From the human T2T-CHM13v2.0 reference genome, Homo sapiens, in NCBI RefSeq assembly GCF_009914755.1, contig NC_060927.1: 64,000 nt of DNA; one strand, 5' to 3'. The translations under genes and the position numbers were made by a program. Positions 1-15,480 of this stretch are shown here, one piece after another (within the stretch, counting starts at the first letter, position 1; each line of letters opens with the position of its first letter). The notes beneath the pieces were generated by a model, which was not told the DNA's origin, did no database searches, and saw only the letters and a program-made list of their open reading frames with translations.

Positions 1-472
1 CTACTTTAGTCTTGGGAGATTGTGTGTTTCTAGGAATTTATCCATTTCCTTTAGATTTTCTCATTTGTGTGCATATATTTGTTCACAGTATTCTCTAAGA
101 ATCTTTTCTAATTTCTGTGGATTGGTTGTAATGTCATCTTTGCCATTTTTGACTATACTTATTTGGATCTTCTCTTTTTGTGTGTTAATGTAGCTAGTGG
201 TCTAATGATCTTGTTTATTTTTATTTTTTTGAAAAACCAACTCTTGATTTCATTGATCTTTTGTATGGATTTTTGCATCTCAATTTCATTCAGTTCTCTA
301 ATTTTTACTTCTTTTCTTTGACTGGCTTTGGGGTTGGTTTGTTCTTTTTTTCTAGTTCCTTTAGGTGAAGTTAGTTTGTTAATTTGAGATCTTTCTATCT
401 TCTCGATGAAGCCATTTAGTGCTAGAAACTTTCCTCTTAACACTGCTTTAGCTGTATCTCAGAGATTCTGGC
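1..472 (-). mobile_element. L1 ORF2 fragment (after the endonuclease domain), continuing off the window; abuts the ERV
   Basis: Minus-strand ORF 159-443 ([21 protein letters not shown]...[13 protein letters not shown]) matches L1 ORF2p. Confidence 0.9.
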
Positions 473-475
473 AAT

Positions 476-3400
476 AGGTTCCCCATATTCAGGGTTTCTT
501 CTACTTTAAACCGCACCCCTCGTCCTTCTCCACCGGTTCAAAAACTGCTCCAACCAGTCAAACCTCCCCTGCCATTCTCCCTCTCCGGGAAGTGGCCAGG
601 GTTAAAGGCATTGCTCACGTTCATGTCCCCTTCTCCATGTCTGATTTGTGGCAGATAGAACAGCTTCTGGGATCTTTCTCTAAAAATCCCTCTCATTATC
701 ACAGGGAATTCCTGCATATAACTCAATCCTTTCATTTAACTTGGCATAACATTTATATAATTCCAAAATCCACCCTTACCTTTAATAAAAAAGAGTGCTC
801 AGCTTAATTAAAATGGATATCCAAGAAAGTATATTCAAAAGTCCTTTATGTTTTTCTCTTCATAAATCTTGTTTTCCTGAAAAAAGTTTTTTTCTCAGCC
901 AAAATTACATTTCTCCACTCTGTCTTGCCACTTTTAGTGCATGTTTATAGAAACTTAACAATGTCTTTATTAATAATTTTATTATAAAATTTCATAAACC
1001 ATGTTTTTCAAAATAAATTTGTATCAAATCCAGCTTCCCAAAAATGCTAATAGTTAAGTATATCAATGTACTAAGTAAATCATTCACTCATACCCACTGG
1101 GAAAATTTAATGTTACTGCCCTTCACAGTGAAAAAAAAATCTTTCATTTTAAAAATTAAATTTAAAAATGTTACATAAGTTGGCACTTCAGTAGTGTATA
1201 CACTAGCATTAGTTTATACACTACTTTTGCCACTGGGGAATTCAAGTTAAAATGCCCCTCTGTCATATAGCTCTAAAATACATCTTTCATTCATAATTTC
1301 TGCTCATACAATTAAATAGTTTGGGTCATTTTCATTTATACTATAAAACAAAAGCAAACTAGTCCAGTTTAATTTTTTATACTTAAAATACTGCACATTT
1401 TCTGTATATGAGTCATTCAGATTAGTATCTACGTAGGTTCAGTCAAATCCAACCATAAATTCAAGTTATTATACTATATAAGCCTATAAAATACATAGAA
1501 GTATTATTACGTTGCCTTTATAACAAAACCCAAGAGTCTGTTTCAATTTATAAATTCAGCATTTAAGCAAAAAGATTTTAGTTCCCAAAGTTCTAAAAAA
1601 ATGACAAAACAATAAGGAAAAAAGGAACCAGGGCTTAGTGCCGCATATTTTTCTCTTGGGGTTGTAAGGTAGTCTCCTTCTTTTCAGAACACTTTATTAT
1701 ATTTCACTTATAGACCTAACTTTCTGTGTTGAAGTATAATTCTCATGCTGAAGCTCTAACCTAAAAAGGCAAAAAAAGTTGTCTTCATTGTACAAACATA
1801 TTCATCGCTTTAACAAGATAATAAGGGAACAAAATTTAGAATGCAAGCTAAGTAAGAATACTATCTCTATAAACATGTCCCTAAGATAAACCATAATTGG
1901 CAGCTAATTTACCTGTCTAGAAAATCTCAGTTCCCACCAGCAAAAATATCCTCAGTGGCTAGTGCACCTTAAGAAAAATCTGGCATACTAAATAAATAAT
2001 GTTAACGTGGGAGCCAGAAGCTACCCAGCCTTGCCTTTAGACTCCTCTGTGACTACAACAATAAAGCCAGCACTTTTAAAACTAGTAAGCATTCACATGT
2101 CGGTATCATAAAGAGTATTGCCCAACTAAACTTTGCTCCCACCTGTTCAGTAGTTACTTATTTCTACCTAAGCACTCACCTTGCGATTTTACCCAAGTGT
2201 TTAAAATTGAAAAAACAGCATTATATTTCAGAGCTACTTCGCCCAAATTACAAAATGAGTCAGTGTTTTTAGTTTCAAGTCACACACAAAAAAACTTAAC
2301 ACATTTTACCTTAAAGTTAAAAATTGCTAAAAGTTATCATTATAACATGTAATTAAAACTGCTAAACATGGATTTGCATGCAAGGTGTATAAAAACAGTA
2401 AAAAGTGTTTTTAGTTAAAAATTATAAAAAGGCATAAAAATGTACATTTTGCTGAAGAATAATAAATTGTGTTAAAATTAAATAAAATAAAGTGAAAGGT
2501 TTAGGCAAATTGTAAAAACATCATAAAAATTAATTCTGCAAATAAAACTCTTGTGTGTTAACACATTAACTAAACTCAAAAGAGTATTATATGCTTTTTT
2601 TCTGTAAATTAAACACTAAAATAAAAGCACCACAAGATTTTCTTAAAATGCTAATCTACTCTTTAGCAAAACTTGTCAAGGGTTATAATGGGCATATAAA
2701 AATCTCACTTCATAGTCAAACTCATTAAAATTAAATAAAATTATCTATAAGGTTTCATTAAAATTAAAGTTAACATTAATAGCAAACTAATGAAAGGGTA
2801 AAATTTAACTTTCTCTCTTAAACAAAATTTTCCTGTAATACAAAAGGCTAATAAATGGTTTTTGCTTTTCCAGATTGTTATCTCATCATTTTAGCAAAAC
2901 AAAACAAACAGAAAAAAACTTAACGGTAATCTAAAATTCTATTTCATAATATCGAGGGTTTTAAATTTTAAACATATTTAACAGTCTTCCCCAAATCAAA
3001 CTTTAGTCTCGAGGTTGTCTTTCCTAACCCCTGGCTTTTCGGTGCTGCACAAAACCCCTAAACCATCCAAAAAGAGGTAAACAGAATTATTTAGCAACAT
3101 AAAATTTCCAAAAGACTGTCTAATAGGTTATATTCTAAGGAATAATACTAACATATGTTCCAAAACTGTATGGGATGTCTAAGGTTCTTATGTCTAAATA
3201 TGTGCTATTAATCACACTTAAAGTTGTTATGTTGGGTTATTGTAAACCACAAAAACAACCACATTTCTTTGTCAATTGTGTTTCTAACAGTATCCAAACT
3301 AGACATTTTGTTATTTACAGACAATTTTTATTTTGTTTGAATTATCTTCAAAACGTGGTTTATATTCAAGCTGTGAAACTTTAACAAGCGCTCTCAAAGG

Positions 3401-5072
3401 CAGGTTTCTCACAACAGCAACAACAACAACAAAACATGCAGAACTCACAAAAAGCTAAAATGTTTATAAATATCAAGCAAAACAAAAATTAATAAAATGC
3501 ACTAAACTAATAAAAAACAAAAACAAGTTTTTACCTTTTCCTTAGAATGCTGCTAATCTTTATCTTATTTTTCAGAGTCAAGAAAACTTGTCTTAAGCTA
3601 GCTACAGCTTCTAACAACTAAGTAAAGTATACTCCTGTAAATAGAATTTAAAGCGTGTTTTTTTCTCTTTGCCTAGTTCCTCTAGAATTTAAAAACTAGT
3701 TATAAGCATTCTTAAAGGACAACACTACAGTTGTTTGCATCAGTGCAATAAGAATCTATTTTCTTTTGTAACAGAATACAATTGGAAAAACTGGTTATTT
3801 TCCCAAGGCTTTGACTGGAATGGTGTGCTCTCCTCTAAGGAATCAAACTTAAGAAGCCAATGAAACCCTTGGAAAACTGGCCTCATATTTTGTGTGCACA
3901 GTCCCTGTACAGGGTTTCTGATGTGTGGTAAGTAAAGAATGTCACTTTCTGACAGGCCAGGAACCCCAAGTTATCTTAAAACCTCAAAAGAAAAGGAATT
4001 CACCCAACTCATAAGTATTTAATGGTACAAATCCATGGCTGGGCTTGGCTTTAACAACTCTTATCTCAAATTCCTTCTATGTAACAAAGTTCCATCAAAG
4101 CTGATTTAAAAGGCCTATGTAGCAAATAATTATTATTGCTGCACTGTATACAAATAATTAAGCCAAGTATAATAAAGCAAATCAGTCCTATCATAAATTC
4201 TTTTAATAAAAATAGGAAACTGAAAAGTAAAAATTATGTTTCAAAAACTATAGCACACCTGTTGTTAAATTCTAGTCTTGCCTAACATTTTTCAATTTTT
4301 ATTATCTTTTACAGTTTAAATTATATCCGTTACAGAAATCAACTCCTGGATACATCATATTCAAGTCAAAGCCTAAAGAGCTGAGAAAGCAACCCCTAAC
4401 AGTCCAAAAAAAGTCCTATTCATGTAAAAAAATAAATAAGAAATCTTAAGCTAAAAATCATAAAAGTTAAGTAACTAAGTAAAAATTGCTCATCTTACTC
4501 AGTCTCAACCCCACCTCACCAAATACTTTTTGTCGTTTCTACTTCTCCTTTTAAGCCAACTATTAAAACCTTTTTTAATGAAAATTATTTACTATGACAC
4601 CCTCGCGGGAACTGCTGTACTCACTCTACTATTTGCAGTAGGACTGTGAACCCTCAGAGTGGAATATCTGACAGAGAATCTCAATTACTGTAGCATTTTG
4701 CTTAATTATTATCCTCATAGCAGGAATAACAGTTACTAACAAAAAATAACACATGGGTCTTTCCAAACATGCACCTCTGCCTGTCATTAAAAAAAAAAAA
4801 AAAAAAAGTTACTTCTGTCTCAACCAGTCGGGCCTAATAAAAAATGCTGCTGAAAAGCCTAGGACTAATGTTTTTACTCTGCCTAATTAACCTTTATCAA
4901 AAATTTTTAACCGACAGAATCATGGCCATTTCGCAACTACCCAAAAACATCTACAAATGGTGTTGATCCTACAGTCAATCTAAGACCAAAAAACTCTCCA
5001 CCCCCGCATCAGCAGGAAGTAGCTAGAAAGAACATGTCCCCTCTTGTCCTTTTATAACCATAGGGTCTGGAA
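476..5072 (+). mobile_element. Non-autonomous ERV1 (MER4-group, MER61-like) internal region with gag, integrase-tail and env-TM remnants
   Basis: Gag capsid start PLREVARVKGIAHVHVPFSMSDL...GSFSKNP at ~579-700; integrase C-terminal motif EINSWIHHIQVKA* at 4335-4376; TM remnant CLSL..YFCLNQSGL at 4778-4836; long AT-rich spacer typical of MER4-group internals; ends at an LTR. Confidence 0.8.
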
Positions 5073-5950
<878 letters not shown>

Positions 5951-8338
5951 GTTCTCACAGTAAGGATTGGAGAAAAATCCCCTTCTGGTTTTGGCAGGAG
6001 GCAAGGAAAGCAGTCATTTTTTTCTCAACATATCTACCCTCATAGAAACTATTATACCAGAGCCTAAGTGAATGGACACCCAGGGCCTAACTAACCTAAG
6101 TGATGAGGAAAAACCCAATTCCAGCCCCTCTAGCCTTTCTCATCACCTAAAAGGGGTAGGACTGAGAAACACTTGTGAAGGTCACAGCCCAGGGGTGCAG
6201 GCTCACTGAAACACTAAGACCTAATTGTAGGACTGTAAAACACTTCCCCCCACCAAAACACCTTGCTACTACATCCACAGGGCTCCAGTATAGTAACAAG
6301 GGGATTACGGATAAGAGAACTGCAAGCCAGAGCCTATTTAAGGAGTTTCTACAAAAACCCAAAGACAACAGGGTAGACAAAAACAAGAAGATGAAGAGAG
6401 AAAATTATATCCTCTGATACCCACAGCTATAGCAAATAGTAAACACATTCTAACTCCTAGACAGGTAAATATCAAACCTCACACTAAAAGCCTATCTACC
6501 TCAGTACCTTTTACCCAATACATTATATCTGATTTTCTGCAAAACAATTACAAGATATATAAAAGACAAAAACACAGTTTGCAAAGATGAAACAAGCACC
6601 TAAACCACAATCAGATATGGAAGCAATGTTGGAATTTTCAGATGGAAAATTTAAAACAATGATAATTAAAATGCTAAGAGCTCTAATGGAAAAATGTGGA
6701 GAACATATAAGAACAAATTGGTCATGTAAGCAGAGAGATGGAAATTAAGAAAAAAATCAAAAAAAGTCTAGAAATAAAAACCCTGTGATAAATGCAAAGA
6801 ATGTCTTTAATAGGTTTATCAATAGACTGGATACAGTTGAGGAAATAATCAATGAGATGGATGAAATATCAACAAACACTTCCCAAACTGAAATGCAAAG
6901 GGAAATATAGAATAAAAAAGACAAAACAGAATATCCAAGAATGGTGGGACAATTGCCATAGGTGTAAATCCTTGTAATAGGGATATCAGATGGAATAAAA
7001 AGAAAGAAAGGAATAGTAAAAATGTTTGAAGTGATAATGACTGATAATTTTCCAAAATTAAAGACAGATACCAAACCAAGATCCAAGCAGCTCAGAGGAA
7101 ACCAAATAGGATAAAGATCACCCCCCACCCCCCAAAAAATCTATACTTAGGCATATCATATTCAAACTGCAAAAAATAAAAGACACAGAGATAATCTTCA
7201 GTGAAGCCAGGGAGAGGCAGGGCAGGACACCTTACCTATAGAGGGAGAGAGATGAGGATTACATCAAACGTCTCTTCATAAACCATGCAATCAGGAATAG
7301 AATAGAAAGAATTATTTAAAGAACTGAAAACATTCCATCAACTTAGAACTAACTAGATTCCATCTGTATGCAGTAAAATTGTCCTTCAAAAGTGGAGGAG
7401 AAAGACTTCTCAAACAAAAATTGAAGGAATTTGTCACCAGTAAACTGCCTTACAAGATATGTTAAAAGAAGTAATTCAGAAAAAAAGGAAAATTAAACAA
7501 GTCAGAAACTCAACATACAAAAGAGTATTAGAAATAAATGTGAAATAATTTTTTTTCTTATTCTTAATCTGAGAGATAACAATTTGTTCAAAATAATAAT
7601 TGCAACAATGTATTCAGTGATTGTAGCTTATGGATAAGTGAAATGAATGATAGCAGTAATAATAAGGCATGGGAGGGAGGAATCAAGAATACTCTGCAAT
7701 AAGGCCCTTACACTACCCATAAAGTTGTATAGTGTTATTCAAAAGCAGACTTAAATTAGATTTAAGTGTATATTGCAAACTGTAGGTCAACCACTAAAAA
7801 AGCAACAACAAAAAAGTAAAACTGATATGCTAAGAGAGAAAAGAAAATGGAATCATATAAAATGCTCAGTTAAGATCAGAAAAGGCAGAAAAAAGTGTGG
7901 AAGAAAAAAGAAACAAAGGGCAAATAGAAAACAGTAATAAATATGGTAAATATTAATCCAACTATATCAAAAAATCACTTCAAATATCAATGGTGTAAAT
8001 ATACCAATTAAAACATGTGACTATCTAGAGTGAATAAAGAATCGTGACCTAACTATATGTTGTCTACAACAAACCCATTTCAACATAAAAACCAGATAGG
8101 TTACAAATAAAGGGATGGAGAAAGATATACCGTGCTACCACTAATCAAAAGAAATATGGAGTAGTTCTATTAACTTCAGATAAAGCAGACTTCAGAGAAA
8201 GGAAAATTATTAGGAATAAAGAGAAGCACTACATAATGGTAAAGGAGTCAATTATCCCAGCAGACATAATACTCCTTAATATGTATGTGCCTAACAACAG
8301 TGCTAAAATGTGTAAAGCAAAAACTGACAGAATTTTAA

Positions 8339-8693
<355 letters not shown>

Positions 8694-11600
8694 AGTACCC
8701 ACTAACTGATAGATCCAGCAGGCTGGAAATCAGTAAGGACATAGTTGAACAGCACCATCAATTAAGTGTATCTAATTGGCATTTAGAGAATACTTCACCC
8801 AACAACAACAGAATACACATTCTTCTCAAGTTCACATGGAATATTCATCAAGACAGACCACATTCTGTGCCATAAAACATACAACAACAAATATCAATGA
8901 CTTCTATGATGGAGATTACTGAGATCACAACAGAATCACTAGAAATCAATAACAGAAAGATATCTGAAAAACTTTAAAAAAATGGAAACTAAATGACACA
9001 CTTCTAAACAACATGTAAACAAATCAAAGAATAACTCTCAAGAAAAAATTTAAAATATTTCAAACTAAATTAAAATGAAAATATAACATCAAAATTTATG
9101 GGATGCTGCTAAAGTAGTGTTTAGAGGGAAATTTAGAGCACTGAATGCATATATTATTAAAGAAGAAAGAGCTAAAAGCAAGTTTCCAAATTAGGAAACT
9201 AGAAAAAGAAGAGCAAATTAAATCCAAAATAAACAGAAGAAAGGAAATAATAAAAATTACAGCAGAACTTGTGAAATTGAAAACATGCTGTCAATAGAGA
9301 AAATCAACAAAACCTAAAGCTGGTTCCTTGAAAAGATGAATAAAACTGAGACACCTCTAGCCAGGTTAACTAAGAAGAAAAAGAGAGAAGACTCAAATTA
9401 CTAATATCAAAAATGAAAGAAGGGCCATCAATACTGATCCTACGGTCATTAAAAGGATAATAAAATACTAGTATGAACAACTCTATATCAACAAATTTGG
9501 TAAGTTAAATGAAATGAAACAATCCCTTGAAAGTACAACGTTCCAAAACTCACACAAAGAGAAATAGATAATCTGAATAGGCCTATACTGATTAAAGAAC
9601 TGGAGCCAGTAGCCTTCCAAAATAGAAAGCACTAGGGTTAATGAATATGACTAAACATTTAAGAAAGAAATTATGCCAATTCTCTATGATCTCTTTCAAA
9701 AAATAGAAGTAGAGGAAATTCTCTAATTTTCTTGGGTCAGAATTACCCTGGTACCAAAACCAGAAACATTACAAGAAAGGAAACTAACAGATCAATATTT
9801 CTCATAAACATAGATGTTAAAATCCTCAAAAAAATCAGCAATTGAATCCAACAATGTTTAAAAAGAATTATACATAACCACCACATGGGATTTATTCTAG
9901 GTTAAACATTTGAAAATCAATTAATGTAATCCATCGCATGAATAGGCTAAGGAAGAATTATATGATCACATCAATAGATCCAGAAAATGCATTTGACAAG
10001 AATCTAACATTCATTTATGATAAGAGCTTTCAGCAAGCTAGTAATAAATGGGAACTTAACTTGATAAAGAAGATCTATGAAAAACCTACAGCTAACATCA
10101 TACTTAATGGAGAGAAACTAGAAGCTTTTCCCCTAAGATCAGAAATAAGGCAAGGATGTTCCCTTTCACCCTTCCTAGTCAACATTATACTGGAAGTGCT
10201 GGCTAATGTAATTAGAAAAGAAAAGAAAATGAAAAGTCTACAGATTGGGAAGGAAGAAATAAACTGTTCTTGTTCTCAAAAAACATAATTGGCTATGTGG
10301 AAAATGCCAACAAAGCAACAGAAAACTGGAAATAATAAGTTATTCTGCCAAAGTTGCTGGATGTAAAGTCATGGTTAATATACAAAAATTGATTACTTTC
10401 TTATATACTAGCAATAAACAATTGAAATTTGAGATTAAAAACACAAAACCATTTACATTAGCACCAAAAAGTGAATTATTTATACATAAACCTAAAATAG
10501 GTCAAAATCTATGTGAGAATAACCATAACTGATGAAAACATAAAAATATGTATAAATAAATGAAGAGATAGTACATGTTCATGGGTAGGGAAACTCTATA
10601 CTGTCCAGATGTCAGTTCTTTCCGACTTTATCTATAGATTCAATGCAATCCCAATCAAAACCCCAGCAGTTATTTGTGGATATCAACAAACTGATTCTCA
10701 AGTTTATTTGGAGAGACAAAAGACCTGGGATAGTCAACACAATATTGAAGGAGAACGAAGTTAGAGGACCGATACTGCCTGTCCCCAAGACTTTACTATA
10801 AAGCTACAGTAATCAAGACAGTACGGTATTGGCAAAAGAATAGTCAGATAGATCAATTGAACAGAACAGAGAGCCCAGAAGTAAACTCACATCAATACAG
10901 TCAACTGAACTTTGACAAAGAGACAAAGGCAAGACAATGGAGAAAATCTGCATTGCACAAAAATCACACAAATATCTGTACACTGATGTTTACAGCATCT
11001 TTATTTGTAACTGCCAAAACTTGGATTTGACTTTTTAGATACAACAACAACAGCACAATTCATGGAGGAAAAAAAATGGTACATTAGACCTTATTAAAAT
11101 TTAAAACTTCTGCTCTGCAAAAGACACTGTTAAGAGAATGAAAAGACAAGCCATGGTTGGGGAGAGAAGACATATCTGGTAAAGCACTGTTATCCAAAAT
11201 ATACAAAGAACTATTAAAACTCAACAGTAAAACAAACAACCCAATTTTAAAATGGGCCAAGTAAATTAACCGACATTCACAAAAGAAGATATACAGATGG
11301 CAGAGAAGCATTTAAAAAGATGCTCAACACTGTAAGTCATTACAGATTGCAAATTAAAATATAACAATGAGATACTACTATATGCGTATTAGAAGAGTTA
11401 AATTAAGAGCACTGACAACAAATGCTGATGAGGCTGTGGAGCAACAGGAACTCTTATTTATTACTGGTAGAAATGAAAAATTATGCCACCACTATGGAAA
11501 AAGGTTTGGTAGTTTTTTATAACACGAAACATACTTTTACCATGTGATCCATCAATCGCTCTTGATATTTACTCAAAGGAGAAGAAAACTAATGTCCACA

Positions 11601-12066
11601 CAAAAACCTGCACACAAATGTTGATAGCAGCTTTATTCACTGCTAAAACTTGGAAGCAACCAAGATATCCTGTAGTATGTGAATGGAGAAATAAACTGTG
11701 GTACCTCCACATCCATACAACAGAATATTAGTCAATGATAAAAAGAAATGGGTTACCAAGTCACAGAAAGACATGGAAGATGCTTAAATGCATTTTGCTA
11801 AGCGAAAGAAGCCAGTCTGGAAAGGCTATATACCATATGATTCATACATACTATATGACATTCTGGAAAAGGCAAAACTACAAAGGCAGTAACCAGTGGT
11901 TGCCAGGGATAGGTAGGGGGGTTGGGGGGTGGATGGGTAGAGCACAGGAGAGTTTTAGGGCAGTGAAACTATTCTCTATGATACTGTAACACTGGATACT
12001 CATCATTATATGTTTGTCCAAAACCATAGAAGGTACAACACCAAGAGGGAATTCTAATGTAAATTA

Positions 12067-12416
<350 letters not shown>

Positions 12417-12463
12417 GCTGTAACAAAAATATCCTATCAATGCATGATGTTAAAAATAGGGGA

Positions 12464-12884
<421 letters not shown>

Positions 12885-13109
12885 CTAAAAATGTCTACTA
12901 ATTGAAATAAATAAATGAATCTAGCTCTATAGTTCACATCTTACTCTAAAATACAGTCCAATTGGGTTAAAAATAAATACTTGAAAATCAAATATAAGAA
13001 GAAAACATTAAATTATTAGAAAATATTGGTAAATATTGAGTTATACAAACCTGACACTGTCAAAACACCCAACAAGTAACAAACCACGATAATTGTGTAA
13101 GGCTTAAGT

Positions 13110-13151
13110 TTGTGTGTGTGTGTGTGTGTGTCTGTGTGTGCATGCGTGTGT
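13110..13151. repeat. (TG)n microsatellite
   Basis: Imperfect TG run read directly. Confidence 0.95.
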
Positions 13152-13721
13152 TTATCTGCAGGGTAAAAGCCTAGAAGAATTTACACTGAAATGTTGAAAG
13201 TTACTGGGTAAAGGGTTTTGGGTTTCAGAGGTTTTTGACGACTGTAATTATTTTGTTTTCTTAACTGAATGTTCTTTTTTTATATTGTACATGATTACTT
13301 CTGAAAAAAAAAAATAAAAGAGTATGTCGTTCCCCCCCTGCAGGGAGGCAGAGTCCAGGTGGCCACCAAGGGGCTGTTGTCACAGTCCAGGGAAAGCCAG
13401 AATGGCAGGCACGGGAGCCTTGGGAGGGGCCTCAATCAGGCTTGCCCTTTGGCCCCAGAAAGAGCAGGGGCCTGCAGTGAAGCCCATAGAGCCCCTTGTG
13501 GGCCGTATGGGCCGCCTCCAGGCCTCCACCTCCTCCCCCAGTCATGGCCGCTCAGTGTCCTTTCACTTGGTGGTGTGGGGACACTGGGAGGCTTCCTGGG
13601 CCTCCCAACCCTCCTACCCAATTCCCAGCCCAGGCTTGGCTCTCCAGGACCCAGCTTCTAGTCCCTGTGAGGCTGGGCCACCCTGCAGGACTGCAGCTCT
13701 GGGCCCTCTGTTCTGGTGCTA

Positions 13722-14120
<399 letters not shown>

Positions 14121-14179
14121 CCTGATTAAATTCCGTCTCTGTCTGCACTTTGGGAAGATTCTTTCCTCTCCTAGGCAAG

Positions 14180-15480
14180 TGCCCGCGGGGCCTGAGCTCT
14201 CGATAGCGGGGCCCCAGGAGCCACGTTGTGGGGTCTGCTATCCGGCCTCCCTCTGCACGCGCGACCGTCCACTTGAGCGCAGTGGCTGGAGCTGGGACTC
14301 CAGCGCAGCCCCTGAGCGCTCACGTCGACCCCTCCAATCACAAGAGGCCCTCGTGCCAGGCCCCCAGATTTGGCCAATCAGGGAAGACCTTTCCCTGTCA
14401 CAGAATGGGGTCGAGGGGCCCAGGAAACAGGTAGTCCCCAGTCACAAATCATCGCGTCGCCTTCGCTGGTCCCTTTCTCTTATCGAGCCTCAGTTTTCTC
14501 TTCCATAAGCCGGGCCAGCAGTGCCCACCCCACAGGTTGGCGCCAGCTCCGTAAGGGCCCTACCACCGCGGCCGGCCAGATCCTCGGCGGGCCAGTCCTG
14601 GCGCTGCGGTCATTTAGCCTGATGACCCCTGGCCAGGTTCAGCCTCAATTGCTCCAAAGAACTCCGGACCCGTACCCCGAGCCCGGCGTCCCAGCGGCGA
14701 AGTTGATGGGCCCCGCAGGAGCCCTTGCGGTGAGAACCGAGTCCTGGAGCCCCTGGAGCCCCCGGAGCCCCCGGAGCTGCAGCCGGGGCAGCCTCCTTTC
14801 CGCCGGGAGTCCAGCGCTCTCGAGAGCCCAGAAACTCACCGCGCGCAGGAGTTGGTGCGGGCGTCCCGGGCAGGTTAGACTTCTGTGAGCCGCAGCCCCG
14901 AAACTGAGGTTGGTGCAGACCCGTCCTGGGAGCCAGGAGGTGGGACCTGTCCCCGCCAGTCCGCGAGCTCTGGTTAAGGCCAGAGCCCGTGAGGGGAGGG
15001 GCGCGGGGCGGGCGGAGAGTCAGCCGAGTGGGGGCGGCGCTCACCGGTGGTGGGACTATGGCGGGAGCGCAGCGCACCCTCTCCGGGCGGGTCTATAAAT
15101 GCCATGTAAAAGCCAACCCCGCAGGGGCCTGCGCTCTTTCCCGCTTAGGTCAAGAAGACTTACTGTGGACCCTTGGAGAATTCCCAGGGCTTTGAAAAGT
15201 CCCAAGCACCCAGCAGGGCTGGCAGTTCTGAGCGCTGGCAAGGCTAAGTGGGTCAGAGGAGACCCTCGCCAAGCCGGTGACTCACTCACTCGCTCACCCT
15301 CTCTCACTCTTGATGGGCCAAGTACCTGCCATGTGCTACGGACACAGCAGAGCGAAAGGAGACGCTGCCCTCCGGGAATTTGCAGCCGCTTGCAGAGGCG
15401 GCCCCTTAGCAGCTGCGCATCCGGGTGGATAGCGGCGCTTCTGCCCGCCCAGTGCCTACCCGCCTCTCCGAGAGAAAAAC
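14180..15480. promoter_or_regulatory. CpG island / probable promoter
   Basis: Dense CpGs and high GC; CCAAT boxes at ~14334 and ~14374; GC boxes at ~15005-15037 and 15085-15090; TATAAAT at 15094-15100; minus-strand donor GCG|GTGAGT at 14834-14842. Confidence 0.8.

Noticed and set aside
5030-5049. p53 response element near the MER61-like LTR
   Set aside because: Only one perfect half-site (gaacatgtcc); the adjacent half-site mismatches at all three purine positions.
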